Below, one piece after another: positions 18,801 through 30,561 of a stretch of DNA of 64,000 nt. Each line of letters begins with the position of its first letter. Within the stretch, counting starts at the first letter, position 1. The notes under the pieces are model-generated. The model saw nothing but the letters and a program-made list of their open reading frames with translations. It searched no databases and was not told where the DNA came from. The position numbers were made by a program, and so were the translations under genes. The stretch is from an uncultured delta proteobacterium (GTDB lineage Bacteria; Myxococcota_A; Polyangia; Polyangiales; Polyangiaceae), in assembly GCA_963850305.1 (NCBI GenBank), contig CAWKKR010000008.1:1632001-1696000 (forward strand), in the 5' to 3' direction.

Positions 18801-18900
18801 CGAACCCACTGCCGCGTCGTCGAATACTCATCGTGGCGCGGAGCTCACGCTCACCGATCGCGCGACGGACCATCGGTGGGGATTTCGCTGCAGTCCATGA
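15834..18900 (+). CDS. Large secreted hypothetical protein with Asp-box-like motifs; one extra G in the G5 run at 17381-17385; start uncertain
   Basis: ORFs 15657-17483 and 16528-18900 join as ...EPFLG|FEIGLGG... if one G is removed; signal peptide; TFDAGASF and STDGGQTW; GGAG before TTG 15834. Confidence 0.7.
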
Positions 18901-19142
18901 CGCTTCGTCAGCGCCATCTTTCACTTGTGAAAAGACTGCTCACTCGATCTGAACGACGGGAGGATCGCGCGGGCGTTTGAGGCCCGTTTAGATTGCAATC
19001 CCTGCTCTCGACTGCTACCGATATCGCGTCCGCGTGGAGTGAGGCTGTCCCCCCCGGCCCCTCTGCGCGGACACTTTCGTTCCCCGCGGGCAAAGCGGCG
19101 CGAGTCGCGCCGTGTGGGTCGGACAGCGCGCTCCAGTACCGC

Positions 19143-19961
19143 TCAGGAGTTCCTTTTCCCGAGCTCTGCGGACCGATGCGCAGCTTTCTCCACCGCGTCG
19201 ATGAACGTGCTCCGCAGACCGCCGCGCTCCAGAGCCGCCAGACCCGCGATGGTGGTCCCTCCAGGGCTGGTCACCATGTCTTTCAGCTTGGCCGGATGCT
19301 CTCCGGTTTCGAGCAAGAGCTTCGCGGATCCGTAAACGGTCTGCGCCGCGAGCAACACGGCGACGTCCCGCGGAAGCCCCATCTTCACGCCCCCGTCGGC
19401 GAGCGATTCGATCACGAGCATCACGTACGCGGGTCCGCTACCGGAAAGGCCCGTCACCGCGTCGAGATGGGTTTCGTCGAGCACGACGGTTCGACCCACC
19501 GCGTCGAAAAGGCGCCGCGCCGTTTCGAGGTCCATCGAGGACGCGCGCGCGCCGCCGCTGATCGCGGTCGCCCCCGAGAGAGCGAGCGCGGGAGTGTTGG
19601 GCATGGCGCGGACGACGCGCGCGCCGCTTCCGAGGCCCGCCTCGAGCGTACGAATGGACACGCCTGCAGCGATCGATATCACCAGATGCTCTTCGCCGAC
19701 GAGGTTGCCGCACTCCGAAAGGATTGCAGGAATGACTTGCGGCTTGACGGAAAGCACGAGGACGTTCGCCCAATTCACCAGATCGACGTTCGATGAGTGT
19801 GTTTCGATGCCATGGGTCGTGGCGAGCTCGGTAAGCCGCGCGGCGCGCGAATCGCTGGCACGGACCCCAGCCGAGGAGACGACCTTGGAAACGAGGAGAC
19901 CCGAGATCAGGGCGCCCGCCATGTTGCCCGCGCCCAGAAAGCCGATGCGTGTCGTGTTCAT
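19143..19961 (-). CDS. proC: Pyrroline-5-carboxylate reductase
   Basis: IGFLGAGNM, SVKPQ, RAMPNTP, SGSGPAY, VTSPGGTT. Confidence 0.97.
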   Translation of the reverse strand: MNTTRIGFLGAGNMAGALISGLLVSKVVSSAGVRASDSRAARLTELATTHGIETHSSNVDLVNWANVLVLSVKPQVIPAILSECGNLVGEEHLVISIAAGVSIRTLEAGLGSGARVVRAMPNTPALALSGATAISGGARASSMDLETARRLFDAVGRTVVLDETHLDAVTGLSGSGPAYVMLVIESLADGGVKMGLPRDVAVLLAAQTVYGSAKLLLETGEHPAKLKDMVTSPGGTTIAGLAALERGGLRSTFIDAVEKAAHRSAELGKRNS

Positions 19962-20004
19962 TTCGTATTCCGTCCGTTGACCGGGCGACCTCTCGCGAGT
20001 CCGA

Positions 20005-20715
20005 TCATGCCGGGATACCGAGGGCGCGCAACGCCGATCGCACGTCCTTCGGGGATCGACACGCCACGACGCCCGCCGGCAACCTTCGGGAATTCGGCTC
20101 GTTCGTGACCCAGATGGCCCTGGCTCCGACGCCAAGAGCGCCTTCGACATCGGCCACCCACGCGTCGCCGACATGAACGAGTTCCGAGGTTTCGACGCCC
20201 AGACCGGCGGCAACGAACTCGAAGATCCGCGGATCGGGCTTCTCGAAGCCGAGTCGTCCGGAGTCGGCGACGACGGAGAAATACGAATGAAAGCGCATCT
20301 CCTCGAGTAACTCCGCGAGCCGGCCCTCCGAGTTCGAGACGATGCCGAGCGGTACGGCGCGCGCAGCGAGCTCCTGCACGAGCTCCATCATTCCTGGAAT
20401 GGGCTTCCGCCACAGGTTCTTGCGTGGCTGCTCGCTCCACAGAAAATCGACCAGAGCCGCGGTCATGTCGGGTTGCGAGTCGCCTGCCGCACGAACTCCG
20501 GCGCGTTCGAGGAGCGACGACATGAACGATCGCCACGCCTCGTAACCCGTCTCGCCGCGTCGCTTCGCCTCGTTGTACGCATCCCACGCGGCGGGACATT
20601 CCGCGTCCAGCCGAGCCACGTCGACGCGCGCTCCGCGCTCCTCGACGCGGCGGCTCACCAGCTTCGTGTCGAGTTCGGCGAGCGTTTGCCCATAGTCGAA
20701 GGTCACGGCGATCAT
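20005..20715 (-). CDS. HAD-superfamily hydrolase
   Basis: FDYGQTL, VSN, EKPDPRIF, HVGD...DVEGA. Confidence 0.9.
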   Translation of the reverse strand: MIAVTFDYGQTLAELDTKLVSRRVEERGARVDVARLDAECPAAWDAYNEAKRRGETGYEAWRSFMSSLLERAGVRAAGDSQPDMTAALVDFLWSEQPRKNLWRKPIPGMMELVQELAARAVPLGIVSNSEGRLAELLEEMRFHSYFSVVADSGRLGFEKPDPRIFEFVAAGLGVETSELVHVGDAWVADVEGALGVGARAIWVTNEPNSRRLPAGVVACRSPKDVRSALRALGIPA

Positions 20716-20725
20716 TTGCTCGGCC

Positions 20726-21820
20726 TCAACCGAAGAATCCCTTGAGCTTTTCGACGAGCGTGCGCGGGTGGGGTTGCACGTCTTGCCCGAGTTCGCGACC
20801 GAGCTCTTCGATGAGCGCCTCCGCGCGTGGCGACAGATTCGTCGGGACCTCGACGCTGACCGTCACGACCTGATCGCCGCGTCCGGCGCGGTACCGATGA
20901 GGCGCGCCCTTGCCCTTCACGCGAAGCACGCTCCCAGGCTGCGTCGAGGCGGGTACTCGCACTTTCAGGTTTCCAGCCAAGCTCGGCACTTCTATCTCCC
21001 CTCCGAGCGCGGCGACGGCGAACGTCACCGGTACCGTGCAGTGGAGATCGTCGCCTTCCCGGGTGAAGAACGAATGCGCCTCGACGTATATGAGGATCTC
21101 GAGATCGCCCGCGGGCTTGTCGGGACGAGTGCGGTTGCCGGCTCCCTCGATCACGCGGGTCGCTCCGTTTTCGATCCCCGCCGGGATCGTGACCTCCAGA
21201 CAGCTCGCGACCCGGCACAGTCCGCGGCCGCTGCAGCTGGAGCAGCGAGTGGTCGGAACCGTACCGCGGCCCCGACATGCCGAGCACGGCCGCTCGATCG
21301 CGACGGGCAGTACTCCCTGCTGGAACCGAACCCGGCCGCGCCCGCCACAAGCGGCGCATCGATCCACACGACTCCCTGGTTCCCCGCCGGCACCGGCGCA
21401 GTGGTCGCAGGTGTCCAGGCGATCATAGGAGATTTCCTTGGTGCACCCGAGCACGGACTCTTCGAACGTGAGGGACAGCTTCTGGCGCAGATCGCCGCGA
21501 TCGCCGGTCCGGATGCCGAACGCTCCCAGAAGATCGCCGAACAAGCCGTCGAGACCGAGGGAGCCGAGATCGACGAAACCAGGTCCGGCCGGCGTCCCCT
21601 GTCCGAACGCGGACGGCCCGAAGCGGTCATAAGCGGCGCGCTTCTCGTCGTCTTGCAGAATCTGGTACGCGGTGTTGATCTCCGTGAACCGAGCCTGAGC
21701 CGAGGGGTCGTTCGGATTTCGATCAGGATGGTGGAGGACCGCCAATTGACGAAAAGCGGTCCGGATATCGCCCTGGGTGGCGTTCCGATCGACGCCTAGG
21801 ACTTCGTAGGGGTCCCGCAC
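20726..21820 (-). CDS. dnaJ: Chaperone DnaJ (class A)
   Basis: DPYEVLGV, HPD, four CxxCxGxG repeats, C-terminal domain. Confidence 0.95.
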   Translation of the reverse strand: MRDPYEVLGVDRNATQGDIRTAFRQLAVLHHPDRNPNDPSAQARFTEINTAYQILQDDEKRAAYDRFGPSAFGQGTPAGPGFVDLGSLGLDGLFGDLLGAFGIRTGDRGDLRQKLSLTFEESVLGCTKEISYDRLDTCDHCAGAGGEPGSRVDRCAACGGRGRVRFQQGVLPVAIERPCSACRGRGTVPTTRCSSCSGRGLCRVASCLEVTIPAGIENGATRVIEGAGNRTRPDKPAGDLEILIYVEAHSFFTREGDDLHCTVPVTFAVAALGGEIEVPSLAGNLKVRVPASTQPGSVLRVKGKGAPHRYRAGRGDQVVTVSVEVPTNLSPRAEALIEELGRELGQDVQPHPRTLVEKLKGFFG

Positions 21821-21998
21821 GCGCTCCGCATAGCATGGGCGGCGCCCAGCCGCGTCCTCGGGGTGGTGCCCGTCGCGCTCCGCCACCAATGACCCCGCCT
21901 GCGCGAGGGCGTGTAAACCAGCGGTTCCCCGATGAAGGCCACATTCCGGCCAAACGCCCTTGGCGTCTCGGGAACGCGGACGTTACGCTGGCCGCCGC

Positions 21999-22388
21999 AT
22001 GTCGGACGGATCGGATCGACGACGAGACTTTCGTGCTCCGATAGAGCTCAGGGTCGAATACAAGCGCCTGAACACGTTCTTCGCAGATTACACGAAGAAC
22101 ATCTCGCGCGGCGGCACCTTCATTGGAACCGATCGCCCCCTGGACGTCGGGACGGAGTTCATGTTCGCACTCGATCTGCCGACCCTCGCCGAACCGTTAC
22201 GTCTCCGCGGCCGCGTCATGTGGGTGACGTCTACCGACGAAGCCAGCAAGGCTAATCCGGCCGGCATGGGAATCGAGTTTCAATACGCCAACGCCGACGA
22301 GCGCCGGGACATGGAAAAGATGGTCGAGGATCTGGTGGTATCACAGCTTGGCGAGCACCTGGCCGCGAAGCTCCTCGGCAAGGATTGA
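21999..22388 (+). CDS. PilZ-domain protein (TIGR02266-like)
   Basis: RRRDFR and NISRGG motifs, GMGIEF. Confidence 0.9.
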   Translation: MSDGSDRRRDFRAPIELRVEYKRLNTFFADYTKNISRGGTFIGTDRPLDVGTEFMFALDLPTLAEPLRLRGRVMWVTSTDEASKANPAGMGIEFQYANADERRDMEKMVEDLVVSQLGEHLAAKLLGKD

Positions 22389-22407
22389 GCTCGAGGCTCC
22401 CTGGCGC

Positions 22408-24639
22408 TCACGGCACTTCGACGTCGGCTGGAATCTTGACGTCTACACGCTTGCGGTCGGCCGAGAGATCGCGGGCGATCGCGACCTCCACGAGGTCGAT
22501 GGACTCGCTCTTCGCGACGAGCGCGAGCTTCTCTCGGGCCCGAGCGTCGTTGGCGACGTAGGCGTTCATCGCCGTATAGAAGTTCGCCTCCGTCTGCTCG
22601 GCGCGGGTCCGTGCGGCGGCAAGCAGCTGTTCGTCGCTCAGACGACCGGTGGCCCAGGAGCGCAGGCGTGCGGGCCACCCGGCGTCGTCGTCGATCTTGG
22701 CGAGGGCTTCCTCCACCGTTCCGTCACTCGGCGCGCCGAGCCGTCGTTCCAGCAGTCGTAGCCACAGGGCCGCGTAGACGAGGTCGTCAGGGGCAAGATT
22801 CGCGTCAATCGCGCGTCGAACGGCGTCGCGGGAAGATCTCAGGTCGCCGTGCGTCAGTCCGCGCCGGGCTGCATCGAGTATGGTTGCCGTGAGTTGATGC
22901 AGGTCGTTCGCGGACGCGGCGTACGCGCGGAGCGTCGCTCTACGGGCGCCATCCATGTTCCCGTACTGTTCGAGCACCCGCGCGAGGGTGCGTTCTGCGG
23001 TAGCCTGCTCGGGGCTGGTGTGCGCTAGCTGACGTGCGTCGAGCGCTCGATAGAGCGCCGCGTCGAGCGACTTCGACGCCGAGACTCCGTCTCCTTCGTC
23101 GCGATAGATCTGGAACATCGCGAGATCCGCTTCGGCCACGGTCCCGGGATCGGAGGATTCCGTGGCAATTTTCGCGACCGATTCGAGCGATGCCAGAGCG
23201 TCACGCTGATCTCCACGCTGCCTGTCGATCGCCGCCAGCATCTCGAACGCCGGAAGAGTCGGCTCCGCCTTCACCGACGCCTCGACAAGCGGCCGCGCGG
23301 AGACGAGATCGCCGGACCGCGCCTCGAGCGTACCCATCGCGAAGCGCACGCGGGCGACACTCGGGTTCACTTCCCTCGCAAGCGGAGGCTTTTCTGCGAG
23401 GGCGAGGAGCGGCGCCGCTTCCTCGAACGTGCGGCGCGCCGCCGCGATGTCCCCCTCCGCGTCCTGCGTCATCAGTCCCTCGAGCACGTAGCCGAGTGCC
23501 CATGACGCCGCGTCGACTCTCGCCGTTTTCTCGACAGGCGTCGCCAGAAGGATGGGTGCGACCTCTGACATGCCGTGGCGCATCAGCAAGGTCGAAATGG
23601 GCATCACGCCGCGGAGCGTATTGGGCTCGACGCGGTAAAGTTCCACGGCGGCTCCCCAGGCCGCCGCTTGAGCCAGCTCCGGGTCCAGTGAAACGTCGGC
23701 GTCCGCGGCGCCCATACGGTCGAAGCTACTGAAGAGCTCGAGCCACGCCTCGGGGTCGTTCTCTTCGGCGGCCCGCCGCAAGGCCTCGTGAAGATGCGGC
23801 GAGACGACTCGCGCGACTCGGGGCGCTTCCATGGCCGCAAGTGCGCCGGCGGGATTCCCATTTCGCAGGTACAGGGCGGCGAGGGCCATCGCTCCCGTGC
23901 GAACGGCGCGGTAGGCTTCAACCGCCTCATCGCGTTCGAAGTCGTCGCTCGGTGGCATCTGATCTTTGCTGTAGTCGATCGCGCGATCGACCCACTCGAC
24001 GATGGCGTCGCTCGCGGCGCGTACGTTCTCCGGACTCGGGTCCCACAGCGCCTGTCCCACGGCGCTTCGCTCGTCATTTCCCGCCGCCTGGAGCGGACCT
24101 CGACTTCGTGTCTTTTCTTCCCAGTCGCGGATCGCACCGATGTGTGTCTGGGCTTCGGTCAGCTCCGACCCTTTCGGCAGCACGCGCGTCAACATCGAGT
24201 AGAGCGCGAGTGCACGACCTTCGGCGCCCTGGCGCGCGACCGCGTTCGCGGCCGAGACCAGCGCGTTCGTCCGTCCGTCGAGCATGCTAGGATGAAACTC
24301 GCCGGCGCGTACGAGGTAAAGGGCGCCCTCCACTGCGTCCAGGCCGGCATCTTCGTGCCCGCTATCGAAGATGTTCGACGCGCGACCGAGCTGATATCGG
24401 ACGACACCTATCAGCCGATCCGTCCGCGCCGGGCTCGGATTCTTCGTTCGCAGCAGATCGGCCACCTCGCTGGCGAAATGTTCGTCGCTCACTTCGACCG
24501 GATGGACCGCCGAGGGAGCTGCAACGGGCGTCGCCGGGCGGACCGCAGCCCGCGGCGCGCAGCCTGGTTCCGTGGCGAGCACGCTGACCGCGGCCGGAAT
24601 CAGGAAGCTGCCTCGAGACCAAAATCTGCCGCTCTTCAT
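22408..24639 (-). CDS. Exported helical/TPR-like hypothetical protein, possible lipoprotein
   Basis: Signal-like N-terminus with a Cys; Ala-rich helical repeats; C-terminal TEANFY. Confidence 0.7.
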   Translation of the reverse strand: MKSGRFWSRGSFLIPAAVSVLATEPGCAPRAAVRPATPVAAPSAVHPVEVSDEHFASEVADLLRTKNPSPARTDRLIGVVRYQLGRASNIFDSGHEDAGLDAVEGALYLVRAGEFHPSMLDGRTNALVSAANAVARQGAEGRALALYSMLTRVLPKGSELTEAQTHIGAIRDWEEKTRSRGPLQAAGNDERSAVGQALWDPSPENVRAASDAIVEWVDRAIDYSKDQMPPSDDFERDEAVEAYRAVRTGAMALAALYLRNGNPAGALAAMEAPRVARVVSPHLHEALRRAAEENDPEAWLELFSSFDRMGAADADVSLDPELAQAAAWGAAVELYRVEPNTLRGVMPISTLLMRHGMSEVAPILLATPVEKTARVDAASWALGYVLEGLMTQDAEGDIAAARRTFEEAAPLLALAEKPPLAREVNPSVARVRFAMGTLEARSGDLVSARPLVEASVKAEPTLPAFEMLAAIDRQRGDQRDALASLESVAKIATESSDPGTVAEADLAMFQIYRDEGDGVSASKSLDAALYRALDARQLAHTSPEQATAERTLARVLEQYGNMDGARRATLRAYAASANDLHQLTATILDAARRGLTHGDLRSSRDAVRRAIDANLAPDDLVYAALWLRLLERRLGAPSDGTVEEALAKIDDDAGWPARLRSWATGRLSDEQLLAAARTRAEQTEANFYTAMNAYVANDARAREKLALVAKSESIDLVEVAIARDLSADRKRVDVKIPADVEVP

Positions 24640-24805
24640 GTTGGGTGGCGCCGAGGAGTAGCAAGTAGCATTAGTCTCCGGGCCTCGCACCTCGGAAGCG
24701 TCGTGTTTTCACCGGCGAAACGCCGATTGACCCGGAAGCTCGGGCGGCCTGACTCGCCTCGGAACGTTCGGCCGGCGCTCACGCGATCCCATCGCGTCCT
24801 CCCGT

Positions 24806-26004
24806 TCAGAAGAGAACGTCCACGTGCAATCGGAGGCCGTAGATGTTCCCCCCGAGCTGCCCACCCAGCGGCAACACGACGCCGGCGCTCGGAATTACCT
24901 TGCCGAACTGAGCGAGGATCCGAGGCTCCAGCACGAACTGGAATGGCGTGGGGGAGACGGCTGCCGACGAGTAGTCCAGGGACGGCGACGCCACGTACGC
25001 GATCCACGCCGTGAGCGCGGCGTGCACGTGATCGAGCACCTCGTAGCTCGCCGTTCCGTCGAGTACCGCGGTGAATGCGACACCGTTCAGTGAGAACGAT
25101 CCATCTCCGTTGGGGCTCGGTGCATAGATGCTTCCCCGATCTTGGGCATGATCGCGGCCTTAACTTCCGCGCCCACCCGGAGTCGGTCCGCGCGGTGTCG
25201 AAATGTCAGCGCCGGCGTGATCGGCAGCCGCTTCGTCGCATAGAGCTCCTGATCGTGCCATCCATTCGCCGCATCCGCGATCGTCTGCAGGCGACCCTTC
25301 GTCCATCCGGACGCATCGGGCAAGTCCGTCGCGTCAGGGTTGCCCTGCGCGGTTGGAATGCCGATGCCTAGGCGAACGGCCCATTCCGTGTTGCCCGGGT
25401 CCGTCAGGCGATACGTGCCAGCGAGCTCCACGTTTCCAAGCGCGTTCACCGACGAGTTTTGTCCCGTCGGATCCTTCGTCGTCCCGATCGTCCACGGGAC
25501 GCGCAGAGACACGCGAAACGTCGATGACAGATCGTCGAAGGCGCCCGCAAGGAAAGCGTAACTCGACGAGCTACCCGTCGTCGTGTCTCCGGTCACGGTG
25601 CTCGCGGGGCCCGGGACGGGCGCCGACCCGAAGCCGAGCAAGCCCTCCACGAAGATTGCGAACGTCTTTCTGAAGGGTCGGGGTGCCTGCTCGGCCTTCG
25701 GTTCGTTCTTCGGTTTCGGGTTCGCACCGGAGGCGTCATTGTTCGTGTCGTTCGCGTCCGCATCGTCGCCGGTGTCGGCGCTGCTGCCCTTTGCGGGCGG
25801 CTTGTCTCTTCCCGGCACGAACTGGCCTTCATCGGCCGTGGTTTCCGTTTCGGCAGGATCTTTTTCCCCCGCCTCCATCATGCCGGCGTTTCGCTCCGAT
25901 CCGGTGTCCTCGGACTGCTTCCTCTTGCCCTTCGCCAACGATGTCGACGCGACGGCGAACACGGTACACGCTGCGACCCAGCCCCTAATCTCTTGCGCTC
26001 GCAT
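24806..26004 (-). CDS. Putative outer-membrane beta-barrel protein; one base missing at the C4 run 25134-25137
   Basis: Signal peptide SLA; adding one G joins 25087-26004 to 24806-25039 (PKIG|GSIYAPSP...YEVLDHVH); ends DVLF. Confidence 0.7.
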
Positions 26005-26171
26005 GGCTCTCCCTCAATCGAAAATGGGCCCGAATGCCGTAAAAATGGCGGATCCTTCGCCGACCCGCGCCCGCGCCCCAGCCGAGGCGCGGGGACGTTA
26101 CCATTTGAGTCGATCGCGAGGTTCGCTTTCGAACGTTCCCCGGCGAAGAAAGACGCTCTACGCTGAGCACG

Positions 26172-29100
26172 ATGAGCGACGAGTCACCGCTGGCGCCGAA
26201 GCGACTCGCCGACTTCGAAGTGATTCGCAGATTGGGCGTGGGTGGCATGGCAGAGGTCTTCCTCGCGAAGAAGCGAGGCGCCGAGGGCACGTACAAGCTC
26301 CTCGTTCTGAAGCGAATCTTGCCAGCTCACGATTCGCGACGATTTCGGACGATGTTCGCCGAGGAAGCGCAGCTCGCGACGCGTCTCAATCATCCAAACA
26401 TCGTTCAGGTCTATGACTTTCAGGACTACGGCGACGAGGGGCAGCTCCTGAGCATGGAGTACGTCGAAGGCCCCGACTTGCGAAAATTGCAGCGGGGCGC
26501 GCACTCCAAGAAGACCCGAATTCCGCCGTACGTAGCAGCGTACATCGTGGCCGAAGTGGCCAAGGGTCTTCACTACGCCCACGAGCGTCGCGACGAAGGC
26601 GGCAAGCCTCTGCAGATCGTGCACCGCGACGTGTCGCCGCAGAACGTGTTGCTCAGCTTCGATGGTGCCGTGAAGGTCGCCGATTTTGGCATCGCGAGCG
26701 CGAGCCTGTTCCGCGACGAGCCCGGGGTCCTGAAAGGGAAGACCGGCTACATGTCGCCCGAGCAAGCCCGTGCCGAAAAGGTCGATCGCCGCACGGATGT
26801 GTATTCGCTCGGCGTAGTGTTTCACGAGTTGCTCACCGGCAGAGCGCTCCACGGCTCCGCGGAAGGCGCCGAGCTTCTCGAGGCCGTGCGCGCCGGACGC
26901 GTCGAGCCGCCGAGCCTTTATGCCCGAGAGGTTCCGCTGGAGCTCGAGTCGATCGTGATGCGGGCTCTGTCGCGGGACCGAGAAGAGCGGTTTCAGACGG
27001 CGCGCGATCTCGCCTCCGCGATCACGCGCGTGCTGTTCCAGAAGCAGGAGCCGGTGGACGCACACGTGCTCGAGCTGTCGATCGCAGAGTTCGTCGGACG
27101 CGAACATACCTCGCCGGGCCTGGTCGAACCGGGTGAAGCAGAGCCGCGGGTCGAGTCCGAGCACGGCCGCTCGGCGGAACGCGACGACGGCACGTCCTCG
27201 GGTGTGGGTACCGGGCAGGACCGCGAGACCGGTCCGGGCGGTCCCGTTCGCCCGCTGCACGAACGCGCGGGCCGCGAGGTGCGGCACGTCGCGATCGTCC
27301 GCCTCACGCTCGTCGGATTCGCGAAGCTCGAAAGCTCGCTGGGTGCAGCTCACACGGCGCGGTTCTTCGATCGCCTGCGGAGCATCCTGGACGAAGTCGC
27401 GTGGAAGCGTGGCGGACGCTGGTCGTGGGACGCGCCTTCCGGGGCGCGCGACTTCGAGAAGGACCCTGCGGCCATGGCGGTGGTCGGTTTGCTCGCGAAC
27501 CCCGCGCGCTCTTCGGCGGACGCCGCGTCGCTGGCCGTGGACGTTCACGACGTCATTCAAGGAGCCTCCGACGATATACCCGAACCGATCCAGGCAACGG
27601 TCGGCATCGTGCGAGGGATAGCCACGGGTCGCCGCGATCGTGCCGGGCACCTGGTGGGTCACACGCTCCAAGAGCCGGCAGAGTTCCTCGCGAAACTCAT
27701 CGGCGACCAGGCTCCACCGGGTCAGACGTGGGTGGCAGGCGGCCTCTATCGGCTCGTTCGGCGAGACTTCGTGTGGGGTGACGCCCCGACCATCGCGCTC
27801 GAGCCTTCCGAGAAGAGTGCACTCCCGAGGAGCATGCGGATCTACGCTCTAGAGCGTCCGCTCACGCGCGAGGAAAAGCGCGAGCAGATGTCGCATGCCC
27901 CCCGCGATCTCGTGGGACGCGATACGGAGCTCGCGGATCTCCATGCCGCGTATCATCGCGCCGTCACTCCCGCGAAAGAGCACGGGATAGGACAGGTCAC
28001 CGCGCGAGTCATCAGTGGGGAAATGGGCATCGGCAAGACTGCGCTCGTGAACGCGCTCGCCTCGGAATTGCCACCCGATGCGCGCGTCGTCCGGATCGAG
28101 TGCTCGCCGGCTTCGAGCGAGCTCCCATTTTCTGCGGTGGGGCAGTTCGTGCGCGAATTCACCGGTACCCGCATGGATCAGCCGATGGCCGAGGCGCGGG
28201 CGATCGCGCTCGAGGCGCTCGGGGAATTCGCCGGAGGACGCAACCGGGACGACATCGTGACCCGACTTGCGCAGCTCGGTACCGGAAGGCTCGCGGAAGC
28301 CTCGGACGAAGCGGACGTCGCTCACAATCGACGACTCCTCACATCGGGAGTGCGACGTCTCTTCGCGCGCGCCGCCGTCGAGGCACCGCTCGTGGTAGTG
28401 CTCGACAGCCTGCAGTGGTGCGACCGCGCCAGCCTGGAGCTGGTCACGAGCCTCGTCCGGCGCGGCGACCCGCTCCCCGTGCTGACGCTTCTCGTTGCGC
28501 GCCCGGACGACAGGGTCGTTCCACTCATCGAGGGGATCGTTCGTGTCGAGCTGCGAGGTCTCAACGCCGACAACCAGGTTCGATTGATACAGGCGCATCT
28601 CGGCGCGACGGAAGGGGTGGCTCAGGTTTGCGCGGATCTGCTCCCCAGGGTCGCGGGTAATCCCTTCTTTCTGCTCGAGATGATCGACGCGTTACTGGAG
28701 CGTGGTGCTCTCGAGCTCCGCGAGCGCGGCGAGGGCGAGGAGCCCGCTCTCGTTCGAACGGAGCGCAGCGAGGATAGCCGTCAGCCTTTACCATCGACCC
28801 TGGAACAGCTCATCGCGGATCGTCTGAACGAGCTGCCTGCGGAGGAGCACGCGGTGGTTCTCTGGCTCGCCGTGACCGGTGGTCCCCTGGCCGTCGTGGA
28901 CTTGCGTGCTCTTGGCGTCGCAGACCCGGAGGAAGCCGTGGTGCGGCTCTGTGCCCGCGGACTCTGCGACGACCGCGGGGACGTCGTCGACGTGCGCCAT
29001 CCGTTGACTCGCGATGTCGCGTACATGGCCATCGAGCCCAGCGATCGGGAGGTCATGCATCGAAAACTGGGAATGCTCCTCGCGAGCCGTCCCACCGTCG

Positions 29101-30561
29101 AAGGGCTCGGCGCCGCCATCGTCGCGCAGCACCTGGCCCGCGGGAACGCGCGCGCCGAGGCCGCGACGTTCTATCTCAACGCCGCCTCCGCCGCGCAGGC
29201 AAGCTACCAGCTTCTCCTCGCCGCTCGTTATTATGGACGCGCGGTGAAGCTCGCTCCGCGCCTCGAGCCGAGCCGCCTGGCCGCGTTCGAGGCGCTCGAG
29301 ACGATCGCGCGGATCCAGGGCAAGTGGCGCGATCGGCGACGATATCTGGCGTCGCTACGCCACCTTTCGCGCGACAGCCGGAAGCCGTACTGGGTTGCGG
29401 TCGCCCTCATCCGCACCGCGAGATTCGATCTCGACGCCGGGCGCCTCGCTCGCGGGCTCACGCTGGCCCAGAAGGGGGAGACCGTGGCTCGCGCGACGCG
29501 CTCGGCGAGACTCGAAGTGGAAGCTCAGCTCTTGATGGCGGAGATGCTCCGGGACCTCGGAGACATGCAAGGCGCACTTGCGGCGTGTGACCGCGCCCTC
29601 GACACGGCCGAGCGCGCGACAGTGCCGGCTCGTCTTCGTGCCGAAGTCCTCCGCGCTCGCGGGACACTGCTGCTCAGAGTCGGCCGCGTCCAGGAAGCCG
29701 TCAACGCGCACGCCGACGCGATCGCCGTCTTCCGGCAGGTGGGCGCACGGCGTCTCGAGGCTCGCGCGAAGAACTCGCTCGCCTTCGCGATGTTCGTGCT
29801 CGGACGTTTCGAGGACGCGATTGCACTCGGGCTCGAGGCCATTCGCATCGATCTCGCAATCGGCGGGCGCTTTCAGATAGCACGCACCCTCGCCAATATC
29901 GGGCGGTCCTTCGCACGGCTCGGGGACTACGCTCGGGCCGAGATCGTATCTCGGAAGGGCGCGCGAAGCGCATCAACGTTACGGCGACCAGGACGGCCGA
30001 GCGGAAACCCTGCTCGCCACCGCGGAAGTGTTACTCGAGATGCACGAGATCGAACCCGCCGTGGAACTGGTCGGCGACGCGGGCGCCCTCACCGCCGTCA
30101 CGGGCAGCGCTTACGACGCCGTTCACGAGAAGATCCTCAGGGCGCTGCTGGCTCGGCAGGCGGGAGACTCCGGCGCGGCCGTCATGCACGCATTCGATGC
30201 GCGTCAGGTCGCCGAGGCTCAAGCGTACGTCGCGTTCCACTTCTATGCGATGGCCATCGAAGCGCGCGCCCGCGTCGACATCGGCGAACACCACACGGGT
30301 ATTCTCCTTGCGACGACGGCGAGCGGTGCCATCGAGACCATCCAGGGTTCGGAGTACGGGCTCGAAACTCGAGCCCTGTGTGCGGAGGCACTCGCCGCGG
30401 CGAAGTCGCCCCAGGCGCCGGAGATGCGCGAGCGAGCTGCGCGACACGCCCGAAAAATCCGCGAATCGATCCGCGCAGCCGAGTTCCAGACGTCGCTTGG
30501 CGGCCGAGCCGTCGTTCGAGAATTGCTCCCGGCGTCGAGCGATCCCGCAGGCGTGGGGTAG
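26172..30561 (+). CDS. Ser/Thr kinase + degenerate cyclase-like domain + STAND-like AAA ATPase + TPR; one extra base near 29943
   Basis: GVGGMAEV, VLKR, HRDVSPQN, DFG, YMSPE; GEMGIGKT; GNPFFL; true C-terminus continues SYLGRAREAH... into ORF 30028-30561. Confidence 0.88.

Noticed and set aside
18901..19142. Intergenic region between convergent genes with a TTTCAC-TT-GTGAAA palindrome; possible ncRNA or dif site
   Set aside because: No recognisable RNA family or dif consensus; at most a terminator-like hairpin.
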